Source: Terriglobia bacterium
Lineage (GTDB): Bacteria; Acidobacteriota; Terriglobia; Acidiferrales; UBA7541
Reading direction: 5' to 3'
Length of the DNA: 64,000 nt
Assembly (NCBI GenBank): GCA_963695545.1
Contig: OY968796.1
Location: 3,456,001-3,520,000 of the forward strand
This document shows, piece by piece, positions 50,345 to 59,295 of the stretch. A program made the position numbers and the translations under genes. The notes under the pieces were generated by a model. It was not told where the DNA came from and did not search any database. It saw only the letters and a list, made by a program, of their open reading frames with translations. Positions within the stretch are counted from its first letter, which is position 1. Each line of letters begins with the position of its first letter.

Positions 50345-50899
50345 ATGACTGCGAAGAAAACCGATTCGGCGCCGAGCAAGGGACCGGCGATTGACGCCGC
50401 GGCTCGCATTGGACACGTGCACCTCAGGGTTGCGGACCTTGAACGCGCGCTCGCGTTCTATCGCGGCGTGCTCGGGTTTGAAGTGACGCAACGAATCGGC
50501 GACGGCATGGTGTTTGTTTCCGCGGGCGGGTATCACCATCACATCGCGCTCAATACACTGGAGAGCCTCGGCGGTTCGCCTCCAGCGCCGGGCACCACGG
50601 GTCTATATCACGCTGCGATCATGTACGCGACACGCGCGTCGTTGGCCGACGCACTGCGCCGCGTGCGCGCCGCGGGAATCCCGCTCGAAGGCGCGGCGGA
50701 CCACGGCGTGAGCGAGGCGATTTATCTTCGCGACCCGGACGGCAACGGGGTGGAACTCTCGTGGGATCGGCCGAAGAATCTTTGGCCGCGTGACGCTAAG
50801 GGCAATTTGGCCATCGACACTCGGCCGCTGGACTTGGATGACCTATTGCGGGAAGCGCCGCCTAAGACGCGCAAGCGATCGGCGGCGCGAACACATTGA
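50345..50899 (+). CDS. VOC/glyoxalase family protein (catechol 2,3-dioxygenase-like)
   Basis: IGHVHLRVADL, GGYHHHIALN, GLYH, DHGVSEAIYLRDPDGNGVEL. Confidence 0.9.
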   Translation: MTAKKTDSAPSKGPAIDAAARIGHVHLRVADLERALAFYRGVLGFEVTQRIGDGMVFVSAGGYHHHIALNTLESLGGSPPAPGTTGLYHAAIMYATRASLADALRRVRAAGIPLEGAADHGVSEAIYLRDPDGNGVELSWDRPKNLWPRDAKGNLAIDTRPLDLDDLLREAPPKTRKRSAARTH

Positions 50900-50998
50900 G
50901 CTGCGATTCGATCGATAAGTGAAAGATTGCAGGAACAGAAGCCGCCAGGCGCCCAATCGCGTGCCTGGCGTCTTCCGGTTTAGAATTGCCTTAGCGCA

Positions 50999-51673
50999 TC
51001 ACTCGCCGAAGAAAACCTTTAACCTGTCCGCCGTCATCCTAAAGGCTTCGGCGTCGTCTTTGGGATTGTAGTGCGCCCCATCTTTCACGAAATCGTGATC
51101 CGCGTCCGGAAAGACTTTCAGGTCGAACGGTTTGCCGGCCGCATCTGCCGCCGCCTTGAGAGCCACGTCCTTATCAGCCGTGCAGCAATCATTCCGGAAG
51201 TGGTCCCTGCCGCCGGCGAATACGAGCAGCGGCACCGATAATCTGCTGGCGAAGCCGGGCAGATCGGAAATGAAAGCGTTCGCGGGATACCAAACTACCG
51301 CGCCCAACACCTGATCGGGCCACTGCGTGCCGTAATAGAGATCCATGCCGCCGCCAAGCGAAAATCCGACCAACGCGACTTTGCCGGGCAGTGCGTGCGG
51401 CATTTGCTGCGCTTGCGCGATTGCCGCTCTCACGCCGTCACCGTGCGTGCCTTCCCACGTGTTGCCGTCGAAGAGCACCACGTCGTAACCGAGCTCGGAA
51501 ATTTCACGCGCCACGGTCGTGTAATGCTCCGGGCCCGACATGCCGGAACCCACCACGACAAGGCGCCCTTTGCCCTGTGGCGGCGGAAATTCCTGTTGCG
51601 CCTGCGCGACCGAGGCCGCGGTGAGACACGCGAGCGCTCCAATAATTGCAATGATTCGGGAAAGCATGGTCAT
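50999..51673 (-). CDS. Exported dienelactone hydrolase-family alpha/beta hydrolase
   Basis: AAGGAGG RBS; signal peptide; GFSLGG, GGRD, ADHDF. Confidence 0.82.
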   Translation of the reverse strand: MTMLSRIIAIIGALACLTAASVAQAQQEFPPPQGKGRLVVVGSGMSGPEHYTTVAREISELGYDVVLFDGNTWEGTHGDGVRAAIAQAQQMPHALPGKVALVGFSLGGGMDLYYGTQWPDQVLGAVVWYPANAFISDLPGFASRLSVPLLVFAGGRDHFRNDCCTADKDVALKAAADAAGKPFDLKVFPDADHDFVKDGAHYNPKDDAEAFRMTADRLKVFFGE

Positions 51674-51832
51674 CGAGAAAAGCCTCCTTTCGTTCCGTGG
51701 GGAACGTGGTTTTATAGCACGATGTCCAGCGCGTGTCACCGCTGGAAATCGCACGGTCGGACGACGCTCACCGCAGCGCAATTCGCTACAATGGGTGCGG
51801 ATGCAATCGCGGGGCGGAAGAAAAGCTGCGAA

Positions 51833-53542
51833 ATGACCACGAATAAAAAACCGGCCGCAACCGAAACGGCGCAGACGTCCGCGCGTGGCACGGTTTCGGT
51901 CCGCGAGGACCAGTGGCGGAAGACCGTGCTCGCGCCGGCTCTCGCGCAATCGCCGGAACGCTCGCGATCATTCACCACCGTGTCGGGATATCCGATCGAG
52001 CGGCTCTACACGCCCGCCGATTTGGCGGGATGGGATGCTGCGCGCGATCTCGGAGTGCCGGGCGCTCCGCCTTACACGCGCGGCATTCATCCCGAAATGT
52101 ATCGCGCGCGGCTGTGGACCATGCGCCAGTTCGCCGGGTTTGGCAGCGCCGCGGACACGAATCGTAGGTTCCGCTATCTTCTCGCGCAGGGACAGACCGG
52201 ACTCTCCGTCGCGTTCGACTTGCCGACGCTGATGGGCTATGACTCCGACGATCCGCTGGCCGCAGGAGAAGTCGGCAAGTGCGGCGTGGCGATCAGTTCG
52301 CTAGCTGACATGGAGGCGCTGTTCGACGAGATTCCGCTTGCCCGCGTGACGACTTCGATGACCATTAATTCCCCGGCGGCGGTGATCTGGGCGATGTACC
52401 TGGCGGTCGCGGAGCGCCAGGGAGCGGATTGGAAGACGCTCTCCGGCACATTGCAGAACGACATCCTGAAAGAATATATCGCACAAAAAGAATATATCTA
52501 TCCGCCGGAGCCTTCGCTGCGGCTGGTGGTTGATACGTTCGAGTTCGGCGCGCAGCACACGCCGCGCTTCAACGCGATTTCGATCAGCGGGTATCACATC
52601 CGCGAAGCAGGCTCGACGGCCATTCAGGAATTGGCGTTCACATTGCGCGATGGCATCGAGTACGTCGAGCGCGGGTTGCGGCGCGGGCTCAAGGTCGACG
52701 AATTCGCGCCGCGGCTATCTTTTTTCTTCAACGCGCAGAGCGATTTTTTCGAGGAGATCGCGAAATATCGCGTCGCGCGGCGATTGTGGGATTCCATCAT
52801 GCGCGAGCGATTCGGAGCGCGCGACGCGCGCTCGTGCGCGCTACGCTTCCACGCGCAGACCGCCGGTTGCTCGCTCACGGCGCAGCAGCCGTACAACAAC
52901 GTGGTGCGCACGGCGTTGCAAGCGCTGGCCGGTGTGCTCGGCGGCGCGCAATCGTTGCATACGAATTCGCTCGACGAAGCGTGGTCGTTGCCGACCGAAT
53001 TCGCTGTCACACTGGCGCTGCGCACGCAACAGATCATCGCGCATGAAACGGGAGTGACCCGTACGGCGGATCCGCTTGGCGGAGCGTATTTTCTGGAAAC
53101 GCTGACGAATCAAATCGAAGCTGGCGCGCGCGATTACATTCGCAAGATCGACGGTATGGGCGGTATGGTCGCCGCGATCGAGCGCGGCTATCCGCAGCGG
53201 GAAATCGGTGAAGCGTCGTATCGCTACCAACTCGCCGTCGATCGCAAGGAGAAAATCGTCGTCGGCGTGAATGACTTTGTGAGCGGCGAAAAACCCATCG
53301 AGATTTTACAGATTGACGATTCGGTGGGCGCTCAGCAAGCCGAGCGCCTGCGCGTGTTGCGCGCCGAACGCTCGAATGACGAGGTCGCGCGGCGATTGTC
53401 CGCGCTGCGCGCCGCGGCGCAGGGCGAAGAGAATCTGATGCCGCGCATCTTCGACGCCGTGAAGGCCTACTCCACGGTCGGCGAAATTTGCGGCGCGCTG
53501 CGCGAGGTCTTCGGCAGCTACCAGGAAACCGCCATCACTTGA
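51833..53542 (+). CDS. Acyl-CoA mutase large subunit (methylmalonyl-CoA mutase family; isobutyryl-CoA mutase-type signature)
   Basis: [54 protein letters not shown]; no fused B12 domain. Confidence 0.93.
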   Translation: MTTNKKPAATETAQTSARGTVSVREDQWRKTVLAPALAQSPERSRSFTTVSGYPIERLYTPADLAGWDAARDLGVPGAPPYTRGIHPEMYRARLWTMRQFAGFGSAADTNRRFRYLLAQGQTGLSVAFDLPTLMGYDSDDPLAAGEVGKCGVAISSLADMEALFDEIPLARVTTSMTINSPAAVIWAMYLAVAERQGADWKTLSGTLQNDILKEYIAQKEYIYPPEPSLRLVVDTFEFGAQHTPRFNAISISGYHIREAGSTAIQELAFTLRDGIEYVERGLRRGLKVDEFAPRLSFFFNAQSDFFEEIAKYRVARRLWDSIMRERFGARDARSCALRFHAQTAGCSLTAQQPYNNVVRTALQALAGVLGGAQSLHTNSLDEAWSLPTEFAVTLALRTQQIIAHETGVTRTADPLGGAYFLETLTNQIEAGARDYIRKIDGMGGMVAAIERGYPQREIGEASYRYQLAVDRKEKIVVGVNDFVSGEKPIEILQIDDSVGAQQAERLRVLRAERSNDEVARRLSALRAAAQGEENLMPRIFDAVKAYSTVGEICGALREVFGSYQETAIT

Positions 53543-54036
53543 TGCTAGAATCCGAAGCGCCGCAGGCCGCGCCGCTGCACATGCCGCCCATCACGCCAAA
53601 TTCCGCGCCTGATTTGACGCCGAACATCGCGCTCAAGAAGATCCGCGTCTTGATTGCCAAACCTGGACTTGATGGCCACGACCGCGGCGCGAAAATCATC
53701 GCGCGCGCGCTGCGCGACGCCGGCATGGAAGTTATTTACACGGGCTTGCGCCAAACGCCGGAAATGATCGCGTCTGCCGCCGAGCAAGAGGACGTGGACG
53801 TTATCGGGCTTTCGATTCTCTCCGGCGCGCACAACACGCTGTGTCCGCGACTGCTCGAGTTGTTGCGCGAAAAGCAGATGAGCGACGTTTTGGTGCTCGT
53901 CGGAGGCATCATTCCCGAAGCGGACATTCCGGCGCTCAAAAAAGCGGGCATCGCCGAGGTTTTTCTGCCGGGCGCGTCGACGCAAGACATTGTGAAATTC
54001 GTCCAGCAGCACGCCGCCACGCGGGCGCGGTATTGA
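53542..54036 (+). CDS. Acyl-CoA mutase small subunit (cobalamin-binding domain)
   Basis: [10 protein letters not shown] (DxHxxG), [20 protein letters not shown] overlap with the large subunit. Confidence 0.93.
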   Translation: MLESEAPQAAPLHMPPITPNSAPDLTPNIALKKIRVLIAKPGLDGHDRGAKIIARALRDAGMEVIYTGLRQTPEMIASAAEQEDVDVIGLSILSGAHNTLCPRLLELLREKQMSDVLVLVGGIIPEADIPALKKAGIAEVFLPGASTQDIVKFVQQHAATRARY

Positions 54037-54039
54037 AAT

Positions 54040-55716
54040 ATGGCGACGTCCACCATCGCAACGCACATCGATAGCAAATCTCCCGCGTACCAGAAAAATG
54101 CACGGCGCATGGTGGAGCTTGTAACTGAGATCAAGAACCAGGAAGCCACACTGCACGAATGCGGAGGCGCGAAGGCCATCGAGGCGCAGCACAAAAAGGG
54201 CCGGATGACGGCGCGGGAGCGCATCGCGCGTTTGCTCGATCCGGACACGCGATTTTTCGAGCTGGGCGTGTACGCCGGCTTCGAGATGTACCAGGAATGG
54301 GGCGGCGCGCCCGCCGCCGGCACAATCACGGGACTCGCGCGCGTGGCGGGCCGCCTGGTGATGATCATCGCTAACGACGCGACGGTGAAAGCCGGCGCAT
54401 TTTTCCCGATGACGGCGAAAAAGGTGATTCGCGCGCAGAACATCGCGATCGAAAATCACATTCCCACGCTTTACCTTGTCGATTCATCTGGGATTTTTCT
54501 GCCGCTGCAAGAGGACGTTTTCCCCGACACCGACGATTTCGGCCGCGTGTTCCGCAACAACGCCGTGATGAGCGCGATGGGCATTCCGCAGATCACGGCC
54601 ATCATGGGAATGTGCGTGGCCGGCGGCGCGTATTTGCCGGTGATGTGCGATCACATTCTGATGACCGAGGGCTCGGGCCTATTTCTGGCCGGCCCCGCGC
54701 TCGTGCAGGCCGCCATCGGCCAGAAAGTGTCTGCGGAAGAATTGGGCGGCGCGAAAATGCACGCGCAGATCAGCGGCACCGTAGATTTTCGCGAGCCGGA
54801 CGACGCGGCGTGTCTCGCGCGCATACGCTCGCTCGTCGGACAAATTGGCCATCCGCCAGCCCCGCGCTTTGACCGCATCGCGGCCGAGCCGCCGCTTTAT
54901 CCCATCGAAGAAGTCTACGGTATTTTTTCTTCCGACGCCGCGCGACCTTACGACATGCGCGAAATTCTGGCGCGCATCGTGGACGGAAGCCGCTTCGAGG
55001 AATATCGCCCCGAGTACGGCCAAACTGTGCTGTGCGGCTACGCGCGCATCGAAGGCTGGGCCGTCGGGATCGTGGCCAATCAAAAACAGAATGTGCCCAC
55101 GATTGACGCGGCGACCGGCGAACGGCGCATGGAATTCGGCGGCGTGATTTACACGGAGTCCGCCGAGAAAGCGGCGCGTTTCATTCTCGATTGCAACCAG
55201 CACCTGGTACCGCTCATATTTCTGCACGACGTGAACGGCTTCATGGTGGGAAAAGAGGCCGAAGGCAGCGGGATCATCCGCGCCGGCGCGAAAATGGTGA
55301 ATGCCGTGGCGAACAGCGTGGTGCCGAAAATCACCGTGGTTTGCGGCGGCAGTTTCGGCGCCGGAAATTATGCGATGTGCGGCAAGGCTTACGATCCGCG
55401 TTTCATGTTCGCGTGGCCCACCGCGCGCTACGCCGTGATGAGCGGCGATTCCGCGGCGGGCACGCTGGTTGAAATCAGATTGAAGCAGCTCGAGCGCGAA
55501 GGCAAAAAGCTGTCCGACGCCGAGCGCAAGAAACTATACGAAAGCATCCGCGCTTCTTACGAGCTGCAAACCGATCCGCGCTACGCCGCTTCGCGATTGT
55601 GGGTCGACGCGCTAATCGACCCGGCGGGAACACGACGCGCGCTCGATTGGGCGCTCGAAGCCGCGGCGCTCAACACCGAGATCCGCGAATTTCGCACCGG
55701 CGTTTGGCAAACTTAG
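54040..55716 (+). CDS. Acyl-CoA carboxylase carboxyltransferase subunit (3-methylcrotonyl-CoA carboxylase beta-like)
   Basis: GRMTARERI, ANDATVKAG, CVAGGAY, ELGGAKMH, GFMVG, GAGNYAMCG, ASRLWVD. Confidence 0.9.
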   Translation: MATSTIATHIDSKSPAYQKNARRMVELVTEIKNQEATLHECGGAKAIEAQHKKGRMTARERIARLLDPDTRFFELGVYAGFEMYQEWGGAPAAGTITGLARVAGRLVMIIANDATVKAGAFFPMTAKKVIRAQNIAIENHIPTLYLVDSSGIFLPLQEDVFPDTDDFGRVFRNNAVMSAMGIPQITAIMGMCVAGGAYLPVMCDHILMTEGSGLFLAGPALVQAAIGQKVSAEELGGAKMHAQISGTVDFREPDDAACLARIRSLVGQIGHPPAPRFDRIAAEPPLYPIEEVYGIFSSDAARPYDMREILARIVDGSRFEEYRPEYGQTVLCGYARIEGWAVGIVANQKQNVPTIDAATGERRMEFGGVIYTESAEKAARFILDCNQHLVPLIFLHDVNGFMVGKEAEGSGIIRAGAKMVNAVANSVVPKITVVCGGSFGAGNYAMCGKAYDPRFMFAWPTARYAVMSGDSAAGTLVEIRLKQLEREGKKLSDAERKKLYESIRASYELQTDPRYAASRLWVDALIDPAGTRRALDWALEAAALNTEIREFRTGVWQT

Positions 55717-55771
55717 GCGCGCTCGGATAAATTTATCGACACTTAAATTGGAAGGGATACCCTCGGCCCAC

Positions 55772-56665
55772 ATGGACTCCGTGAAACTGATCGAATGCCC
55801 GCGCGACGCGTGGCAAGGCTTGCCTCAATTGATTCCCGCGGAAGAAAAGGCGGCGTACTTGAAAGCGCTGATCGACGCCGGATTTCGCCACATTGACGCC
55901 GTGAGTTTTGTTTCTCCCGAGCACGTGAAACAAATGGCGGATAGCGAAGAAGTGATGTCGCTGCTGCTCGAGTCATGGCCGGCGAAAGCGCCGCGCCCCG
56001 AGATCATCGGCATCGTCGTGAACGAGCGCGGTATCGAACGCGCGCTCGCGGCGCCAGGCGTTTCGACGCTCGGATATCCCTATTCGATTTCGGCATATTT
56101 TCGCCGGCGCAACGCCAACATGACCCGATCGGAATCGCGCCGATTGGTTGAGCAACTCAAGAAAGCCACGAAGGATGCCGGGCGCGGCTTGGTGGTTTAC
56201 ATCTCGATGGCCTTCGGCAATCCCTATGAAGAACCCTGGGGGCCGGAGATCGTGGAAGAGACGCTTGAATGGCTGAAGGACCTGCGCGTCGGCACGGTTT
56301 CCCTGGCCGACACTGTGGGAACGGCGACTCCGGCGCAAGTTGGCGAACTTTTCGCCCGCGTGAAAAATTGCGTGGCTGGAATCGAACTGGGCGTGCATCT
56401 GCACAGCCGGCCCGATGCCGCCGCGGAGAAAATCCTGGCCGCGTACGACGCCGGATGCCGCCGCTTCGATTCGGCTCTTACGGGACTTGGCGGCTGCCCT
56501 TTCGCCGGGGACGAATTGGTCGGAAATATTCCGACGGAGACGCTCCTCGAAGCGTTGGCCGAGCGCGGAGTTGCCGTCCAACCCGATCGCGCAGCGCTCG
56601 CTCCGCTGATCGCCGCGACGAACCGGCTACGAACCAAGTATGCTTACGCGCAGCCAGTGAACTAG
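55772..56665 (+). CDS. Hydroxymethylglutaryl-CoA lyase
   Basis: ECPRDAWQ, SLADTVG, HLH, GLGGCPFA, GNIPTE. Confidence 0.88.
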   Translation: MDSVKLIECPRDAWQGLPQLIPAEEKAAYLKALIDAGFRHIDAVSFVSPEHVKQMADSEEVMSLLLESWPAKAPRPEIIGIVVNERGIERALAAPGVSTLGYPYSISAYFRRRNANMTRSESRRLVEQLKKATKDAGRGLVVYISMAFGNPYEEPWGPEIVEETLEWLKDLRVGTVSLADTVGTATPAQVGELFARVKNCVAGIELGVHLHSRPDAAAEKILAAYDAGCRRFDSALTGLGGCPFAGDELVGNIPTETLLEALAERGVAVQPDRAALAPLIAATNRLRTKYAYAQPVN

Positions 56666-56695
56666 CAAGCGGCACGCCGCAAACGGGAGGCGCAC

Positions 56696-57478
56696 ATGGC
56701 CTACGAAGCGCTAAAGCTTGCGATCGAAAACCAAATCGCCCTCGTCACGCTCAACCGCCCCGAAAAGCGAAACGCCATCACGCCGCAGATGATGGACGAG
56801 CTTCTGCGCGCTCTCGATGAAATTGAAACGGGCCCGGCGCGCGTCGCGATTCTGACCGGCGCCGGAAAAGCGTTCTGCGCCGGGATGGACATCGAAACGC
56901 TGCAGGCTTCCGCTTCGGCTACGCACGGCCAGCACGTCGAGGACGCACGGCGGACGGCGCACCTGTTTCGCCAGTTATGGGGTTTCCCGAAGCCGGTGAT
57001 CGCGGCGGTAAACGGCGCGGCCATCGCCGGCGGCTGCGGTCTCGCGACGCTTTGCGATTTCACGCTGGCCGCGCGCGAGGCGACGTTCGGCTACACAGAG
57101 GTGAAGATCGGCTTTATTCCCGCGATCGTTTCGGTTTTCCTGGCGCGGCAGATCGGTGAGAAACGCGCGCGCGACCTGCTGCTCTCCGGGCGGATCGTAG
57201 AGGCGGCCGAAGCGTACGAACTCGGCCTTGTCTCGACGGTCGTCGCGCCGGAATCCCTGATGGGACGCGCCTATGAGTTGGCCAACACTCTGGTTGCCGC
57301 GAGCCCTTCGAGCCTGATGCACACCAAGCGGCTGCTGATCGCCGGAGCATCTGAAGAGGTGGATGGCGAAATCGAGGCTGTGATCACGGCCAGCGCTGCA
57401 GTTCGCGAGACCTCCGATTTCCGCGAGGGCGTCACCGCGTTCCTTGAAAAGCGTCCGCCGCGCTGGACCGGACATTGA
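56696..57478 (+). CDS. Enoyl-CoA hydratase (methylglutaconyl-CoA hydratase-like)
   Basis: LNRPEKRNA, FCAGMD, AIAGGCGL, TEVKIGFIP, EGVTAFLEKR. Confidence 0.88.
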   Translation: MAYEALKLAIENQIALVTLNRPEKRNAITPQMMDELLRALDEIETGPARVAILTGAGKAFCAGMDIETLQASASATHGQHVEDARRTAHLFRQLWGFPKPVIAAVNGAAIAGGCGLATLCDFTLAAREATFGYTEVKIGFIPAIVSVFLARQIGEKRARDLLLSGRIVEAAEAYELGLVSTVVAPESLMGRAYELANTLVAASPSSLMHTKRLLIAGASEEVDGEIEAVITASAAVRETSDFREGVTAFLEKRPPRWTGH

Positions 57479-57505
57479 CGCAAGCGCGCCGCCGAGGCGA
57501 GAACC

Positions 57506-57976
57506 ATGCCTGAACACTCCGATACGCTGCTGCGCGTGCGCTACGCCGAAACCGATCAGATGGGCTACGTCTATTACGGCAACTACTACACGTATTTCGA
57601 GGTGGGACGCGTCGAGTACATGCGCGCCCGCGGCGTAGCCTACAAGGACATGGAAATCGCCGACGACAGTTTCATCGTGGTCGCCGAATCGCACTGCCGC
57701 AACTTGCGGCCCGCGCGCTACGACGACTTGCTGCGCATTCGCACGAGCGTCGCCGAATTGCGCCGCCGCACGATTCGATTTGCGTATGAGATTTTCCGCG
57801 ACGCGACGAGTGAACTCTTGGCCTCAGGCGAAACTCTGCACGTGATTTGCGATCGCCAAGGCCACCCCAAGGCGTTGCCGGAGAAATATCGCCACTACTT
57901 CGGCACCGAGGCCGCCGCGCCCGCCGCTGACGCTGCACCCACTTCACGCGCACACAAGCGCAAATCAGCGCACTGA
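57506..57976 (+). CDS. Acyl-CoA thioesterase (YbgC/4HBT hotdog family)
   Basis: RVRYAETDQMGYVYYGNY..YFEVGR, PARYDD. Confidence 0.9.
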   Translation: MPEHSDTLLRVRYAETDQMGYVYYGNYYTYFEVGRVEYMRARGVAYKDMEIADDSFIVVAESHCRNLRPARYDDLLRIRTSVAELRRRTIRFAYEIFRDATSELLASGETLHVICDRQGHPKALPEKYRHYFGTEAAAPAADAAPTSRAHKRKSAH

Positions 57977-57998
57977 TCGCGCGCGCCCTCCGCGCCGG

Positions 57999-59039
57999 CT
58001 ACGCGAGCTCTCGGAATAAAAACGTCGCAAGCCGCCCGCCCGCGAGCCAAGCGAACGGCGGCAATTCGAGCGAATAGTGCCCGCACGCGAGGCGCAGCAC
58101 ATCCATGTCAATTCCCTGCCCTTGCACCGCTCCAATGATCTCTTCGGAAAATTCCGGCAGCATGGTCGGATCGTACTTCCCGGTGATCGCCAGCATCTTT
58201 TGCCGCGTGACGTCAACCAGTCCGATATACGGGAACGGGCTAATCGGTTCCCAAAAATAATGCAGCTCTTCTTCCGTCACCTTCGTGCGCAACCCTTCCC
58301 ACACGTGCGCCGTGGTGATTCCGGTGCGCACCACATCGCCGAAGTTTTTCGAGATGTGCATGAAGGCTCCCGCGCGCACGGCCGGATCGTGCGCCAGCGT
58401 GATGAATCCCACGGCCGATCCGATGCTCGTGCCGAGCAATCCCAATTTCCCGTAGCCCTGCTGCTCGAGCCAGCGCAGGCAGCGCCGCACGTCGGTCACG
58501 GCTTGCCTGCTGCACTGCAGCGTCAATCCGATGTTCGGCGCCACCACGTAATCGGCGCGCTCATGACCAGGAATCGCGCGGCGATCGTGATACGGCAGCG
58601 AAATCCTCAGCACCGTTATCCCCACGAGGTTGAGCCACCGGCAGAGATTCACTTGCCCGTGCCACTTCGCATTCCAATTGGGCATGAGAACGACGGCAGG
58701 CCCGGACTTCCGTGCGGGAAAAAATCGCGCCACGACACGATTGTTTTCCGCCCAAGTCGAGTGAATCTGGCTGGTGAAGGTGAGCAGCTGAATCGGCCGG
58801 CCGTTTGCGCCCGTCTCCGAAGTCAGCCGGTAATCGTCGGCCGGTGTGGTGGCATACCACTCTCTGCTGTGCGCGATGGTTTCCGGCACCCAGCGCCGCA
58901 GGAATCCGCGCGGATCGGGCTCGTCGGCCCGTCCGGCGATATGTTCGAGGCCCCATTCAAACGGGAGCACGCGCCGATTGTCGTCGGTGGTCCAGCGGGC
59001 ATGCTCATAGCGTCGGATTCTCTGTTCGAGCCAGCTCAT
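57999..59039 (-). CDS. Alpha/beta hydrolase (Ser-Asp-His triad)
   Basis: GTSIG nucleophile elbow, KYDP, CGHYS. Start trimmed to ATG 59039. Confidence 0.82.
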   Translation of the reverse strand: MSWLEQRIRRYEHARWTTDDNRRVLPFEWGLEHIAGRADEPDPRGFLRRWVPETIAHSREWYATTPADDYRLTSETGANGRPIQLLTFTSQIHSTWAENNRVVARFFPARKSGPAVVLMPNWNAKWHGQVNLCRWLNLVGITVLRISLPYHDRRAIPGHERADYVVAPNIGLTLQCSRQAVTDVRRCLRWLEQQGYGKLGLLGTSIGSAVGFITLAHDPAVRAGAFMHISKNFGDVVRTGITTAHVWEGLRTKVTEEELHYFWEPISPFPYIGLVDVTRQKMLAITGKYDPTMLPEFSEEIIGAVQGQGIDMDVLRLACGHYSLELPPFAWLAGGRLATFLFRELA

Positions 59040-59295
59040 TAGGGGTGAAACAAAAATTATGGGGGCACGCGAAAGTGCTGTCAAATCCGCTGCGCGCTCC
59101 GGCCGAGCTCCGGCCGCGCGGGCTAGCCGCTCCCGGATCGCAAGATCGAAAGAAGCGAATTCTGCCGCAGCCCATTCGCACAAGAAGGCGTATAGTAAGG
59201 GCGTGGGCGAAAGCGATCGAATCCCTGAACCGGAAGTTGGAAGTCGAGCCCTGCGCATTCCGAGACCGCCAATTCCAGCGCGCTTGCAGGACAAC

